Source: Acidimicrobiales bacterium
Lineage (GTDB): Bacteria; Actinomycetota; Acidimicrobiia; Acidimicrobiales; VFJN01
Reading direction: 5' to 3'
Assembly (NCBI GenBank): GCA_045807565.1
Contig: JBJMHD010000125.1
Span: 22,254 to 86,253, forward strand
Length of the DNA stretch: 64,000 nt
The notes under the pieces are model-generated. The model had not been told where the DNA came from and did not search any database. It was given only the letters and a program-made list of their open reading frames with translations. Positions 1 to 7,767 of this stretch are shown here, piece after piece (positions within the stretch are counted from its first letter, which is position 1; the number at the start of each line of letters is the position of its first letter). The position numbers were made by a program, and so were the translations under genes.

Positions 1-604
1 GCTCGTCATCGACATCTCGGGCTCGATGCGCGACACCGCGGACTTCGACTCAGGCGCGACGAAGCTGGAGCTGGCGGTCGACGCGGCGCTCGGAGCGATC
101 GACCAGTTCGGCCCCAACGACGTCGTGGGGCTGCGCGTCTTCTCGACGAAGCTCGGGCCAACGGGGGATCAGGACGTGGTCCAGCTCGTCGCGCCCGGGG
201 TGGTCGACGAGGTGCAGCGTGGAGCGCTGAAGGAGGCGCTGAACGGCTTGGTCCAGCCGACGAACGCGACACCCTTGTACTCGGCGACGCAGCAGGCCTT
301 CGAGGATGTGACCGCGGCATACGACCCAGGCAGCATCAATGCCGTCGTCCTCCTGAGCGACGGTGTCAACGACGATGGTGAGAAGACCGACGACAAGGCG
401 CAGCTCGACGAGCTGCTGCGCACCCTGAGGGGCGACGAGGGAGCGGAGGCCCACCCGGTCCGTGTGTTCCCCATCATCTACGGGTCCGAAGCCGACAGGG
501 GGACGTTGAGGCTGATCGCCGAGGCGTCCGACTCGGCGTTCTACGACGCTGAGGATGCGTCGAAGATCGACCGGGTGCTCGCTGCCGTCATCTCCAACTT
601 CTGA
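1..604 (+). CDS. von Willebrand factor type A (VWA) domain protein, 5'-truncated by window edge
   Basis: The frame is open from nt 2. LVIDISGSM (MIDAS DxSxS) lies just upstream of listed ORF 26..604. Later MIDAS-type elements are NATPLY and LLSDGVNDD. Stop at 602-604. Confidence 0.8.
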   Translation, partial: LVIDISGSMRDTADFDSGATKLELAVDAALGAIDQFGPNDVVGLRVFSTKLGPTGDQDVVQLVAPGVVDEVQRGALKEALNGLVQPTNATPLYSATQQAFEDVTAAYDPGSINAVVLLSDGVNDDGEKTDDKAQLDELLRTLRGDEGAEAHPVRVFPIIYGSEADRGTLRLIAEASDSAFYDAEDASKIDRVLAAVISNF

Positions 605-646
605 GCGGCGCCGCCCTCACGGGCGGGCGGCGGTACGGTCGGCGCC

Positions 647-1450
647 ATGACCTCCAAGCGGGCACTCATCACCGGTTGTTCCACGGGCATCGGACGGGCG
701 ACCGCAGTCGAGCTCACCACGCGGGGGTACGAGGTGATCGCCACCGCTCGGCGTCCCGAGACGCTCGCTGACCTCGATGTGGCGCTCTCCGTGGCCCTCG
801 ACGTGGACTCCGACGTGTCGGTCGCCCAGGCCGTCGCCGAGGCCGGACCGGTCGACGTGCTCGTGAACAACGCCGGGTTCGGGGTCGAGGGCCCGATCGA
901 GTCGGTCCCGCTCGACGAGGTGCGCCGCATGTTCGAGACCAACGTGTTCGGATCGATCCGGATGATCCAGGCGGTGCTCCCCGACATGCGGGAGCGTGGC
1001 GGCGGAGCCATCGTGAACGTCACCTCCACCGCGGGCATCGCCGCACCGCCCCTCGGCGGCTTCTACGCCGCGACGAAGTTCGCCATGGAGGCGATCTCCG
1101 AGGCGCTGAAGCTGGAGGTCGGCCACTTCGGCATCCAGGTGTTCGCCATCGAGCCGGGCGTGATCGAGACGAGCTTCGGGGACAACGCCCTGGACCACCG
1201 CGGCGAACCCGGGCCGTACGAGGAGCTCGGCACGCTGTGGGCGAAGGCCATGGAGACGCTGGGCGGGGGAGAGGTGCCCCCGGGGCCCGGCCTCGTCGCC
1301 AACGCGATCGCGACGGCCCTCGAGTCCGACGGCACCCAGCTGCGGTGGCCCGTCGGCCCGGACGCCGAGATGATCGCGGCAGCCCGCACGGGCACCGGCT
1401 ACGACGAGTTCGTCGCCGGCATGCGAGCGGTCCTCAACCTCGACTGGTAG
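647..1450 (+). CDS. short-chain dehydrogenase/reductase (classical SDR)
   Basis: 267 aa. Contains TGCSTGIGRA (TGxxxGxG), NNAG and YAATKFAME (YxxxK). Confidence 0.9.
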   Translation: MTSKRALITGCSTGIGRATAVELTTRGYEVIATARRPETLADLDVALSVALDVDSDVSVAQAVAEAGPVDVLVNNAGFGVEGPIESVPLDEVRRMFETNVFGSIRMIQAVLPDMRERGGGAIVNVTSTAGIAAPPLGGFYAATKFAMEAISEALKLEVGHFGIQVFAIEPGVIETSFGDNALDHRGEPGPYEELGTLWAKAMETLGGGEVPPGPGLVANAIATALESDGTQLRWPVGPDAEMIAAARTGTGYDEFVAGMRAVLNLDW

Positions 1451-1454
1451 CGCG

Positions 1455-2837
1455 CTGGACACCGACTACCTCGTCGTCGGCGCAGGGGCCATGGGCATGG
1501 CCTTCACCGATGCGCTCATCGACCACGCCGACGTCCACGTCACGATCGTCGACCGCCGCCACGCGCCGGGAGGTCACTGGGTCGACGCGTACCCGTTCGT
1601 CCAGCTCCACCAGGCGTCGCTCTTCTACGGCGTGGCGTCCACGGTCCTCGGCACCGGCGCCATCCAGGAGCAGGGACCCGAGGCCGGGCTGCAGGAGCGA
1701 GCGCGGCAGCCCGAGATCCGCGCCTACTACGACGACGTCCTCCACCGCCGCTTCCTGGCGACGGGACGCGTCACGTTCCTCTCGGGCAGCGAGCACCACC
1801 ACGACGGCTCGACGCACCTGGTGACGTCGCGCCTGAGCGGCGAGACGGTGGAGGTGAACGTGCGGCGCCGCGTCGTCGACGCCACCTACCTCGCCCCCTC
1901 GATCCCGGCCACCACACCACCCCCGTTCGGCGTCACCGTCGGCGCCGACGTGCGTCCCATCAACGACCTGGCGCACGTGGTCGACGCACCGAGCCAGTAC
2001 GTGGTGGTCGGCGCGGGCAAGACGGCCACCGACGCCATCGTCTGGTTGCTCCGCAACGGCGTGGACCCCGACCGCGTCCTGTGGGTCCGGCCACGCGACC
2101 CGTGGATGCTCGACCGCGCCATGGTGCAGCCCGACCCGGTCGTCGCCATCGGCATGGCGGCCGACACGATGGCGGCCGCGAGCGAAGCCACCTCCCTCGA
2201 GGACCTCTTCCTCCGCCTCGAGGCGGCCGGGGTGATGCTCCGGGTCGATCGCGACGTGTTCCCCACCATGGCGAAGACGCCCACCCTCGGCCAGTGGGAG
2301 CTCGAGCTGCTGCGCAGCATCGAGAACGTGGTTCGCATGGGCCACATCCGCGAGGTGACCTCCTCCGAGATCGTGTTCGACGGCGGGGCGGTGGCGATGG
2401 CGCCGGGGGCGCTCGTGGTGCACTGCGCGGCGTCGGGCCTGGCGTACCCGCCGCTCGTGCCGATCTGGGGGGACGACCTGATCCGCCTGCAGACGAGCCG
2501 GGTCGGCTTCCCGTGCTTCAACGCCGCGCTCATCGGCTACGTGGAGGCCACCCGCGACGACGACCGCGAGCGAAACCGCCTCTGCCCGCCGAACCTCTAC
2601 GGGAACAGCCTGGCCGAGTGGGCGAGGATGCAGGCGCGGGGCACGGTCGCGGCGCGGACCTTCGGCGCCGAACCCGACATCGCGGCGTGGGCGAACGGGT
2701 GCGCCCTCAACCCGGCGCGCGTGCTCCCGTCGCAACGAGAGGACCCGGCCGTGCAGGCCGCCGCCGCCCGCCTGGCCGGCCACGCCGAGCAGGGGCTGGC
2801 CCGCCTGACCACGCTGGCAGGTCCATTTTCCGCCTGA
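1455..2837 (+). CDS. FAD/NAD(P)-binding oxidoreductase, flavin-monooxygenase-like (two dinucleotide-binding motifs)
   Basis: The listed ORF starts at ATG 1491, but that Met sits inside the first Rossmann motif (DYLVVGAGAMGMAF). The in-frame upstream stretch has no ATG/GTG/TTG, so CTG 1455 is the most plausible start. A second motif is YVVVGAGKTATD. GGHW follows the first motif. Confidence 0.75.
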   Translation: MDTDYLVVGAGAMGMAFTDALIDHADVHVTIVDRRHAPGGHWVDAYPFVQLHQASLFYGVASTVLGTGAIQEQGPEAGLQERARQPEIRAYYDDVLHRRFLATGRVTFLSGSEHHHDGSTHLVTSRLSGETVEVNVRRRVVDATYLAPSIPATTPPPFGVTVGADVRPINDLAHVVDAPSQYVVVGAGKTATDAIVWLLRNGVDPDRVLWVRPRDPWMLDRAMVQPDPVVAIGMAADTMAAASEATSLEDLFLRLEAAGVMLRVDRDVFPTMAKTPTLGQWELELLRSIENVVRMGHIREVTSSEIVFDGGAVAMAPGALVVHCAASGLAYPPLVPIWGDDLIRLQTSRVGFPCFNAALIGYVEATRDDDRERNRLCPPNLYGNSLAEWARMQARGTVAARTFGAEPDIAAWANGCALNPARVLPSQREDPAVQAAAARLAGHAEQGLARLTTLAGPFSA

Positions 2838-2898
2838 GGCCGTATCTCGGCGGCGGGTGCGGACGATGACCCTTCGGGCGGTTTCTACCGACTGACCA

Positions 2899-3360
2899 TT
2901 GAAGGGACTGATCACACTGGTTCGTAGGACCACCATCAAGATCGCCGCTGGGGCGGCTGGGCTCCTGCTCGCAGGGGGTGTCACGGCTGCGGCGGTGGAC
3001 GCCCCGGAGCAGGCCGCCGACGGGCTCTCGACCGCCGAGGACCACTCAGGGGTCGTCGTGCCCGTCGGCGCCGACGGCGAGCATCCCACCGGCGACGACC
3101 ATGCCGACGGCGACGACGAGTCGCCCGACGTCGAGGACTCGGTCGAACCCGAGTCGTCGGGCGGGCCGAGCGACAACCACGGCGCCGAGGTCTCGGCGGT
3201 CGCCACGTCCGATGCCACCGAGGGCGTCGAGCACGGCGAGGCCGTGTCCGAGGTCGCCCGTGACGGGCACGGTGAGGATGCCGGCGAGGCCGGTGACTCG
3301 CACCGCGCCGAGGAGTCCGAGCTGGGCGCAGACAACGCCGGCGAGCACGGCCAGCCGTAG
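2899..3360 (+). CDS. secreted or membrane-anchored acidic low-complexity protein (hypothetical)
   Basis: TTG start. N-terminal hydrophobic segment IKIAAGAAGLLLAGGVTAAAV, then a D/E/H/G-rich region with repeated HGxxVSxVA-like motifs. Followed by a strong hairpin. Confidence 0.55.
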   Translation: MKGLITLVRRTTIKIAAGAAGLLLAGGVTAAAVDAPEQAADGLSTAEDHSGVVVPVGADGEHPTGDDHADGDDESPDVEDSVEPESSGGPSDNHGAEVSAVATSDATEGVEHGEAVSEVARDGHGEDAGEAGDSHRAEESELGADNAGEHGQP

Positions 3361-3376
3361 CCCGAACAGCGTTTGG

Positions 3377-3406
3377 GACGAAGGGGGCCTGCGGGCCCCC
3401 TTCGTC
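3377..3406 (+). terminator. GC-rich hairpin, probable intrinsic terminator without U-tract
   Basis: gacgaagggggcc-tgcg-ggcccccttcgtc. Perfect 13-bp stem with a 4-nt loop, 17 nt after the stop at 3360. Confidence 0.5.
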
Positions 3407-3490
3407 GCGCCTGGGCCGAACGGCCCATTCGGGCAAACGGTGCGGGTGGTGCACATCGGTGACCGAAAAAGACCATGTCGACTGGTCACT

Positions 3491-3516
3491 CTCCGTGGTG
3501 TATCTTCACCACGGAG
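3491..3516 (+). promoter_or_regulatory. perfect 10-bp inverted repeat in the leader of the LPXTG gene (operator or RNA hairpin)
   Basis: ctccgtggtg-tatctt-caccacggag, about 140 nt upstream of ATG 3658, in a locally AT-richer stretch. Confidence 0.3.
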
Positions 3517-3657
3517 CGCGGCGACTGACAGCGCCGGGCGAGCGGAAGACAAACCAATCAAGAGCGCGGGAGGCAACGATCCGTGGGCTGGCATGGTCGC
3601 AGCGCCCACGGGGAGCCAGGGCGAAACCGGCCCCTGCTCAGGACCGGAAGGACCTCC

Positions 3658-4584
3658 ATGCGCACATCCATGCGGGCGGCCGTCGCGCTGCTCACCATCT
3701 TCACCCTCCTGGGGCTCGGCGGCGCCGTCGCCGGCGCCGGTCAAGAGGGAAGCGTGACGATCTGCCATCGCACGAACTCGAACCACAACCCGTACGTCGT
3801 GGAGAGCCCGAGCGTGCAAGGGCAGAACGGCGCGGCCGATCACCTGCAGGAGCATCAAGGGCCGCTGTGGGACCCCACGCTCAAGAAGCAGAAGATCGAG
3901 TGGGGCGACGTCATCGCGCCGATCGCTGGAGTGTCCGATGACCCGTCCACGCCCGACGTCGACGAGTCCAAGGGCAGCCAGGCCTACCAGGAGCTGGAAG
4001 AGCAGCAGGCCGGAGAAGGGCAGGCGTTCATCGACCGGGGCTGCCATGCGGCTGAGCCGCCCGTCGTGCCCACGCATGGCGTGACGCTCGACAAGGCGAC
4101 GACCGGTGGCACCGCTCCGACAGCTGACACCGAGTTCACCTTCACGGTGGAGTGCGAGTCGGGTGACGTCACCTCGCCGGTGAGCATCGCGCCGGCGGAC
4201 GATCCCGTGAGCGTCGCCACCGGCGTCGCCGAGGACGATCTCTGCACCATCACCGAGACCGGCAGCAACGGGGCTGAGACGATCAGCTTCAGCGTCACCG
4301 GGGGCACCAAGGACTCCTCGACGGCGAGCTCCGTGACGGTCGCCGTCGGCGCCGACTCGGCAGTCCTGGCGACCAACGCCTACCCCGAGCCCGTTCCCGA
4401 GAACCAGGTCGAGGGCAAGGTGATCGAGAAGGCTCCGGCTCCCGTGGTCAAGGCGGCGGCGCTGCCGAAGACCGGCCCGAGCGAGATGACGCCGTACTAC
4501 GCGATGGCTGGCGCGGCGCTCCTGCTCGCCGGATCGCTGGCCCGCTTCGCGAGCCGGCGCCTGTCGATCAGCACCAAGCGCTGA
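3658..4584 (+). CDS. LPXTG-anchored cell-wall surface protein (sortase substrate)
   Basis: Start reset to ATG 3658, preceded by ggaagga. Signal peptide MRTSMRAAVALLTIFTLLGLGGAVAGA. C-terminal sorting signal is LPKTG plus hydrophobic stretch AMAGAALLLAGSLA plus RRLSISTKR. ICHRTNSNHNPYV motif and a Cys-bracketed beta-sandwich-like domain (TFTVECE...DLCTITE). Confidence 0.85.
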   Translation: MRTSMRAAVALLTIFTLLGLGGAVAGAGQEGSVTICHRTNSNHNPYVVESPSVQGQNGAADHLQEHQGPLWDPTLKKQKIEWGDVIAPIAGVSDDPSTPDVDESKGSQAYQELEEQQAGEGQAFIDRGCHAAEPPVVPTHGVTLDKATTGGTAPTADTEFTFTVECESGDVTSPVSIAPADDPVSVATGVAEDDLCTITETGSNGAETISFSVTGGTKDSSTASSVTVAVGADSAVLATNAYPEPVPENQVEGKVIEKAPAPVVKAAALPKTGPSEMTPYYAMAGAALLLAGSLARFASRRLSISTKR

Positions 4585-4595
4585 TCAGGACGCAG

Positions 4596-4636
4596 CCTTC
4601 TCATCCCGGCCGAAGGTGGCGGTCGGGATGAGAAGG
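4596..4636 (+). terminator. hairpin terminator after the LPXTG gene
   Basis: ccttctcatcccg ... cgggatgagaagg. 13-bp perfect stem with a 15-nt loop, starting 12 nt after the stop. Confidence 0.5.
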
Positions 4637-4668
4637 CGTGCTCCGCGTGAGCGGGGCAGACTGACCCG

Positions 4669-5133
4669 ATGCTCCTCGACGGCATCAACCACGTCGCCCT
4701 CCTCACCGCCGACACCGAGCGGTTCGTCGCCTTCTACGGCGACATCTTCGGTGCGACCGTCGACGCCGAGCTGCCCGAGGAGGACGGCGTCCGGCTCACC
4801 TTCGTGAGCGTGGGCCCGCACTCGGAGCTCAACGTGTTCCAGATCGCGGGCAACGACGAGGCGGCCAGGCAGGTGCCGATGTTCGGCCGCGGTCGTCTCG
4901 ACCACATGGGGCTGCAGGCGAGCTCGCTGGCAGCGTTCGACACGATCCGTGAGCGCCTGATGGCGGCGGGCGCCACCGACGGCTTCGTCACCGACTTCGG
5001 ACCCGGCCTCAGCGTGTTCTTCCGGGACCCCGACGGCCTCGAGGGCGAGGTGTGCGTCCCCAACCCCGACGCGGTGCCCGGCGTGCTGAACCCGCCCGGC
5101 ACCCCGAGCCGTCGATACCACCCCGAAGGCTGA
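4669..5133 (+). CDS. VOC family protein (glyoxalase/bleomycin-resistance/dioxygenase fold)
   Basis: 154 aa. INHVALLTAD...FY start and DHMGLQA plus FFRDPDGLEGEV second-half motifs, typical of VOC domains. Confidence 0.8.
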   Translation: MLLDGINHVALLTADTERFVAFYGDIFGATVDAELPEEDGVRLTFVSVGPHSELNVFQIAGNDEAARQVPMFGRGRLDHMGLQASSLAAFDTIRERLMAAGATDGFVTDFGPGLSVFFRDPDGLEGEVCVPNPDAVPGVLNPPGTPSRRYHPEG

Positions 5134-5136
5134 CCC

Positions 5137-5871
5137 GTGATCGCCTTCGTGCACGGCGTCCCGGAGACGGCGGCGATCTGGGACGGCATCCGGGGTCGCA
5201 TCCAGGGGCCGTCCGTCGCGCTGCCGCTCCCCGGGTTCGGCAACCCGCGCCCGGCGGGCTTCGGCGCCACGAAGGACGACTACCTCCGTTGGCTGCTGGA
5301 CGAGCTGGCGTCTCTCGAGCCACCCGTCGACCTCGTCGGGCACGACTGGGGCGCGATCCTCGCCGCCCGAGTCGCCTGCGCCCACGGCGACCGGGTCCGC
5401 TCGTACGTGTTCGACGTGGGCAACGTGTCGCACCCCTCGTACACGTGGCACGCCTTCGCCCAGATCTGGCAGACGCCGGGGGAGGGAGAGGCGTTCTTCG
5501 AGAGCCAGGCCACCGCGGCGGTGGAGGACCGGGCCAACGGGCTGACCGCCCTCGGCGTGCCGATCGAGGGGGCGAGGGAGATGGCCGCCGCCGCCGACGC
5601 CGACATGGGGAGCTGCATCCTCGACCTCTACCGCTCGGCCACGCCCAACGTGCACGCCGACTGGGGTCCCCTTGCACCGTCGCCGGCCACGGGGCTCGTC
5701 GTCCACGCCAGCGACGACCCCTTCTCCGACGAGGCGCAGGCGCGGGAGGTCGCGACGGCCTTGGGGGCCGAGCTCGCGCGCCTCGAGGGGGCGGGGCACT
5801 TCTGGCCGTACCAGGCACCGGAGCCGGCGGCCGAGCTGCTCGAGGCGTTCTGGGCGGGCCTGGCGCCCTGA
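5137..5871 (+). CDS. alpha/beta hydrolase
   Basis: 244 aa. FVHGVPETAAIW, nucleophile-elbow-like LVGHDWGA, C-terminal GHFWPYQAP. Confidence 0.85.
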   Translation: MIAFVHGVPETAAIWDGIRGRIQGPSVALPLPGFGNPRPAGFGATKDDYLRWLLDELASLEPPVDLVGHDWGAILAARVACAHGDRVRSYVFDVGNVSHPSYTWHAFAQIWQTPGEGEAFFESQATAAVEDRANGLTALGVPIEGAREMAAAADADMGSCILDLYRSATPNVHADWGPLAPSPATGLVVHASDDPFSDEAQAREVATALGAELARLEGAGHFWPYQAPEPAAELLEAFWAGLAP

Positions 5872-5884
5872 GCCCGGACGCGAC

Positions 5885-5916
5885 GGTGGGCCCCGGAGCG
5901 TGCTCCGAGGCCCACC
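5885..5916. terminator. bidirectional hairpin between convergent genes
   Basis: ggtgggcc cc ggagc gt gctcc ga ggcccacc. Nested 8+5 bp stem between the stop at 5871 (+) and the stop at 5949 (-). Confidence 0.45.
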
Positions 5917-5948
5917 GAAGGATGCTCTGCTGAGCTGGTCGAGCGTGC

Positions 5949-6278
5949 CTAGGCGGCGCGCTTGATCACGGGGGTGTGGTGCCCGAGGGTCTCGTCGCCA
6001 GCCGCCCGGTCGTGGGTGAGGAAGCCGAACGCCGCCCGCCAGGGGACGGTCATGCCGGCGACCATGAAGCCCGTGAGCCAGAGGCCGGTGTCCCGGTCTT
6101 CGATGGCGATGTTCCAGCCGTCGAAGATCGAGTAGTCGAGCCAGAGCACGATGCCCACGCCGAGGGCGATGGTGAGCAGCGAACGGAACCGCTGCAACGC
6201 CTCGACGTTGTCAGTGAGGACATCGACGACCTTCAGGACCGCAAGGGCCATGAGGGCGACGAGAGCGAAGTGGTACAT
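5949..6278 (-). CDS. small integral membrane protein (hypothetical)
   Basis: 109 aa with about 3 hydrophobic helices. Near-uniform G/C at third positions. Strong RBS caggagg 7 nt upstream of the ATG. Confidence 0.7.
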   Translation of the reverse strand: MYHFALVALMALAVLKVVDVLTDNVEALQRFRSLLTIALGVGIVLWLDYSIFDGWNIAIEDRDTGLWLTGFMVAGMTVPWRAAFGFLTHDRAAGDETLGHHTPVIKRAA

Positions 6279-6431
6279 GGTGAACCTCCTGGAGCGGGGG
6301 GATCGAGGAACATCCTTGGTTCTCCGACGCTCACCCGATCAGACCGGCGTTCCCCGCCGGGGCTACATGAACATTCCGCGGCGATGTGACGATCTTCGGC
6401 CGATCGCGCGCTGCATGTAACCCTTCCGGAT

Positions 6432-7199
6432 CTACTCCTCCCGGCGTTGGCGGAGGGCGGCCTGCCGGTAGGCGAGGAGCATGAGCTCCGGGTCGCTCCA
6501 GGTGACCTCCTTGGGGACCATGGTGTTCTCGAGCGCCCGGCAGGCGCTGGTGGTCATCGCGAGCGACAGCGGGTCCATGGAGAGGAGGCGCGCCGCCAAC
6601 CGTCGTGCCGCAGGGAGCAGCTCGTCATCGGGGTGCACGTGGTTCAGGAAGCCCCAGGTCGCCGCCTGCTGCGCCGTGAAGCGCTCGCAGGCCATCGTGA
6701 GCTCCTTGGTGCGTGCGGGGCCCAGCTCACGCATCAGGCGAGGCAGCGCCTGCCAGGTGAGGGGGAGGTCGAGCTCCACCTCCGGGATCGAGAACCAGGC
6801 CGACTCGGCGGCGAGCCGAAGGTCGCAGCACGACAGGAGGACGACGGCGCCGCCGATGGCGAGCCCGTTCGCCACCCCGATCGTGACCTGGGGGAGCCGG
6901 TCGAGCATCTCGCACGTGCGACCGCCGAGGTGGGCGCGAGCCCGCCGGTCGATGTCGTTGACCGGCGGCGTGTCCCGCCGGTCACCGAGCTGCGCGCCGG
7001 CGCTGAAGGCCCGGCCCGCCCCGGTGAGGAGCACCACCCGGATCTCGTGGTCGGTCTCGAGGGCGGCGCAGAGGTGCTGGAGCTCGTCGTGCACGGCGAT
7101 GCTCAGCGCGTTGAGCTTGTCGGGGCGGTCGAGGGTGATGGTGAGCAAGCCCGCGAGCTCGTGGTCGCGGTCCACCTGCAGGAGGTCGTAGGAGGTCAT
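6432..7199 (-). CDS. enoyl-CoA hydratase/isomerase (crotonase) family protein
   Basis: Start reset to MTSYDLL (7199). LTITLDRPDKLNAL, VVLLTGAGRAFSAGAQL (oxyanion-hole region), GLAIGGA. Confidence 0.9.
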   Translation of the reverse strand: MTSYDLLQVDRDHELAGLLTITLDRPDKLNALSIAVHDELQHLCAALETDHEIRVVLLTGAGRAFSAGAQLGDRRDTPPVNDIDRRARAHLGGRTCEMLDRLPQVTIGVANGLAIGGAVVLLSCCDLRLAAESAWFSIPEVELDLPLTWQALPRLMRELGPARTKELTMACERFTAQQAATWGFLNHVHPDDELLPAARRLAARLLSMDPLSLAMTTSACRALENTMVPKEVTWSDPELMLLAYRQAALRQRREE

Positions 7200-7322
7200 C
7201 GCGGCCAGTCTCCACCACGGCAGGTTGTGCACGGACCTGTGGTCAGGTGGTGGACAACCTCGCGCGATCTGGGGACAACGGAAAAGGTTGGTGGATAAGC
7301 CTGGGGATCTCGCGACTGGCTA

Positions 7323-7351
7323 TTGACGGAGGTTTCGGCGAGGTCCAGAGT
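7323..7351 (+). promoter_or_regulatory. candidate sigma-70-type promoter for the downstream structured RNA
   Basis: TTGACG (7323-7328), 17-nt spacer, CAGAGT (7346-7351; A2 and T6 conserved). Sequence-only guess. Confidence 0.25.
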
Positions 7352-7357
7352 CGCCTT

Positions 7358-7731
7358 CACCGCAGCGGAACGGAGCGGATCGACACCGAGAAGAACCAGA
7401 GGCTTCGGCCGACGGAGGACCCTCGGAGGAGAACCGACACCACCGCCTCGGGAGGACGAGCAGACACCGTCCGTTCGGGAGGGGGAGCGCAAGCGAACCG
7501 GAACGAACGGTCCGCCATGGTGGTGGGGGGAACCCCAAGAACCAGCGGGATCTGAGACCTGAGCACCTCGGTGCGAGGGTCCTGGAAACAGGACATCGCC
7601 CGCCAGAGCTTCGGCTCCGACGGGCGATGTGGGTGATCAGAGCCAGGCTAACGCCGGGCGAAGATCGCTTGGTGGATGCTCGGCCGACTGGTGGCCCCGG
7701 CGCCGCCTCCCTGCTCCGGCAGGAAGGCGCC
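7358..7731 (+). ncRNA. candidate structured non-coding RNA or long cis-regulatory leader (family unknown)
   Basis: 570-nt gap without a credible ORF. Local GC is visibly lower than in flanking genes. Plus-sense tetraloop hairpins: ggc-UUCG-gcc 7401-7410, (u)gggg-GGAA-cccc(a) 7524-7537, gcac-CUCG-gugc 7563-7574, guccug-GAAA-caggac 7579-7594, and aucgcccg..gagc-UUCG-gcuc..cgggcgau 7595-7628. Confidence 0.4.
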
Positions 7732-7749
7732 CGGGGTCACCCCCGTTTT
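7732..7749 (+). terminator. small intrinsic terminator/attenuator with U-tract
   Basis: cgggg-ucac-ccccg followed by TTTT (7746-7749), with a second TTTT at 7757-7760. T-runs are rare in this sequence. It lies 19 nt upstream of ATG 7768. Confidence 0.4.
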
Positions 7750-7767
7750 GCCGTAGTTTTCGCGGCG

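Noticed and set aside
1434-3476. 680-aa minus-strand ORF, with similar very long ORFs at 4585..5799 (-), 7648..9147 (-), 15194..16321 (-), 16354..18120 (-), 27452..29365 (-), 34654..37161 (-), 59313..62837 (-), 48356..50944 (+) and others
   Set aside because: Their translations are Arg/Pro/Gly/Ala-rich low-complexity strings. They lie antisense or out of frame to genes with clear family motifs. Long open frames of this kind are expected in very GC-rich DNA because stop codons are AT-rich.
7196-7596. Small ORFs in the 7.2-7.77 kb gap (98, 102, 79, 79 and 72 aa)
   Set aside because: They have Arg/Pro/Gly-rich composition, no third-position GC skew like the neighbouring genes, no RBS, and mutually overlapping frames. 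The region is better explained as structured non-coding sequence.
7240-7767. Known RNA families for the structured gap: RNase P, tmRNA, SRP/4.5S, TPP, glycine, cobalamin and ydaO (c-di-AMP) riboswitches
   Set aside because: The diagnostic strings are absent or mis-ordered. There is no GAGGAAAGUCC or ACAGAAnCCGGCUUA (RNase P). There is no GGGG..UUCGA 5' end with a T-arm/CCACCA 3' end (tmRNA). There is no CCGGAAGGnAGCA (SRP). CUGAGA is present, but ACCC..CCUGAUC..GCGUAGGGA is not in TPP order. The ydaO-like fragments have the wrong spacing. I cannot exclude a divergent member without a covariance-model search.
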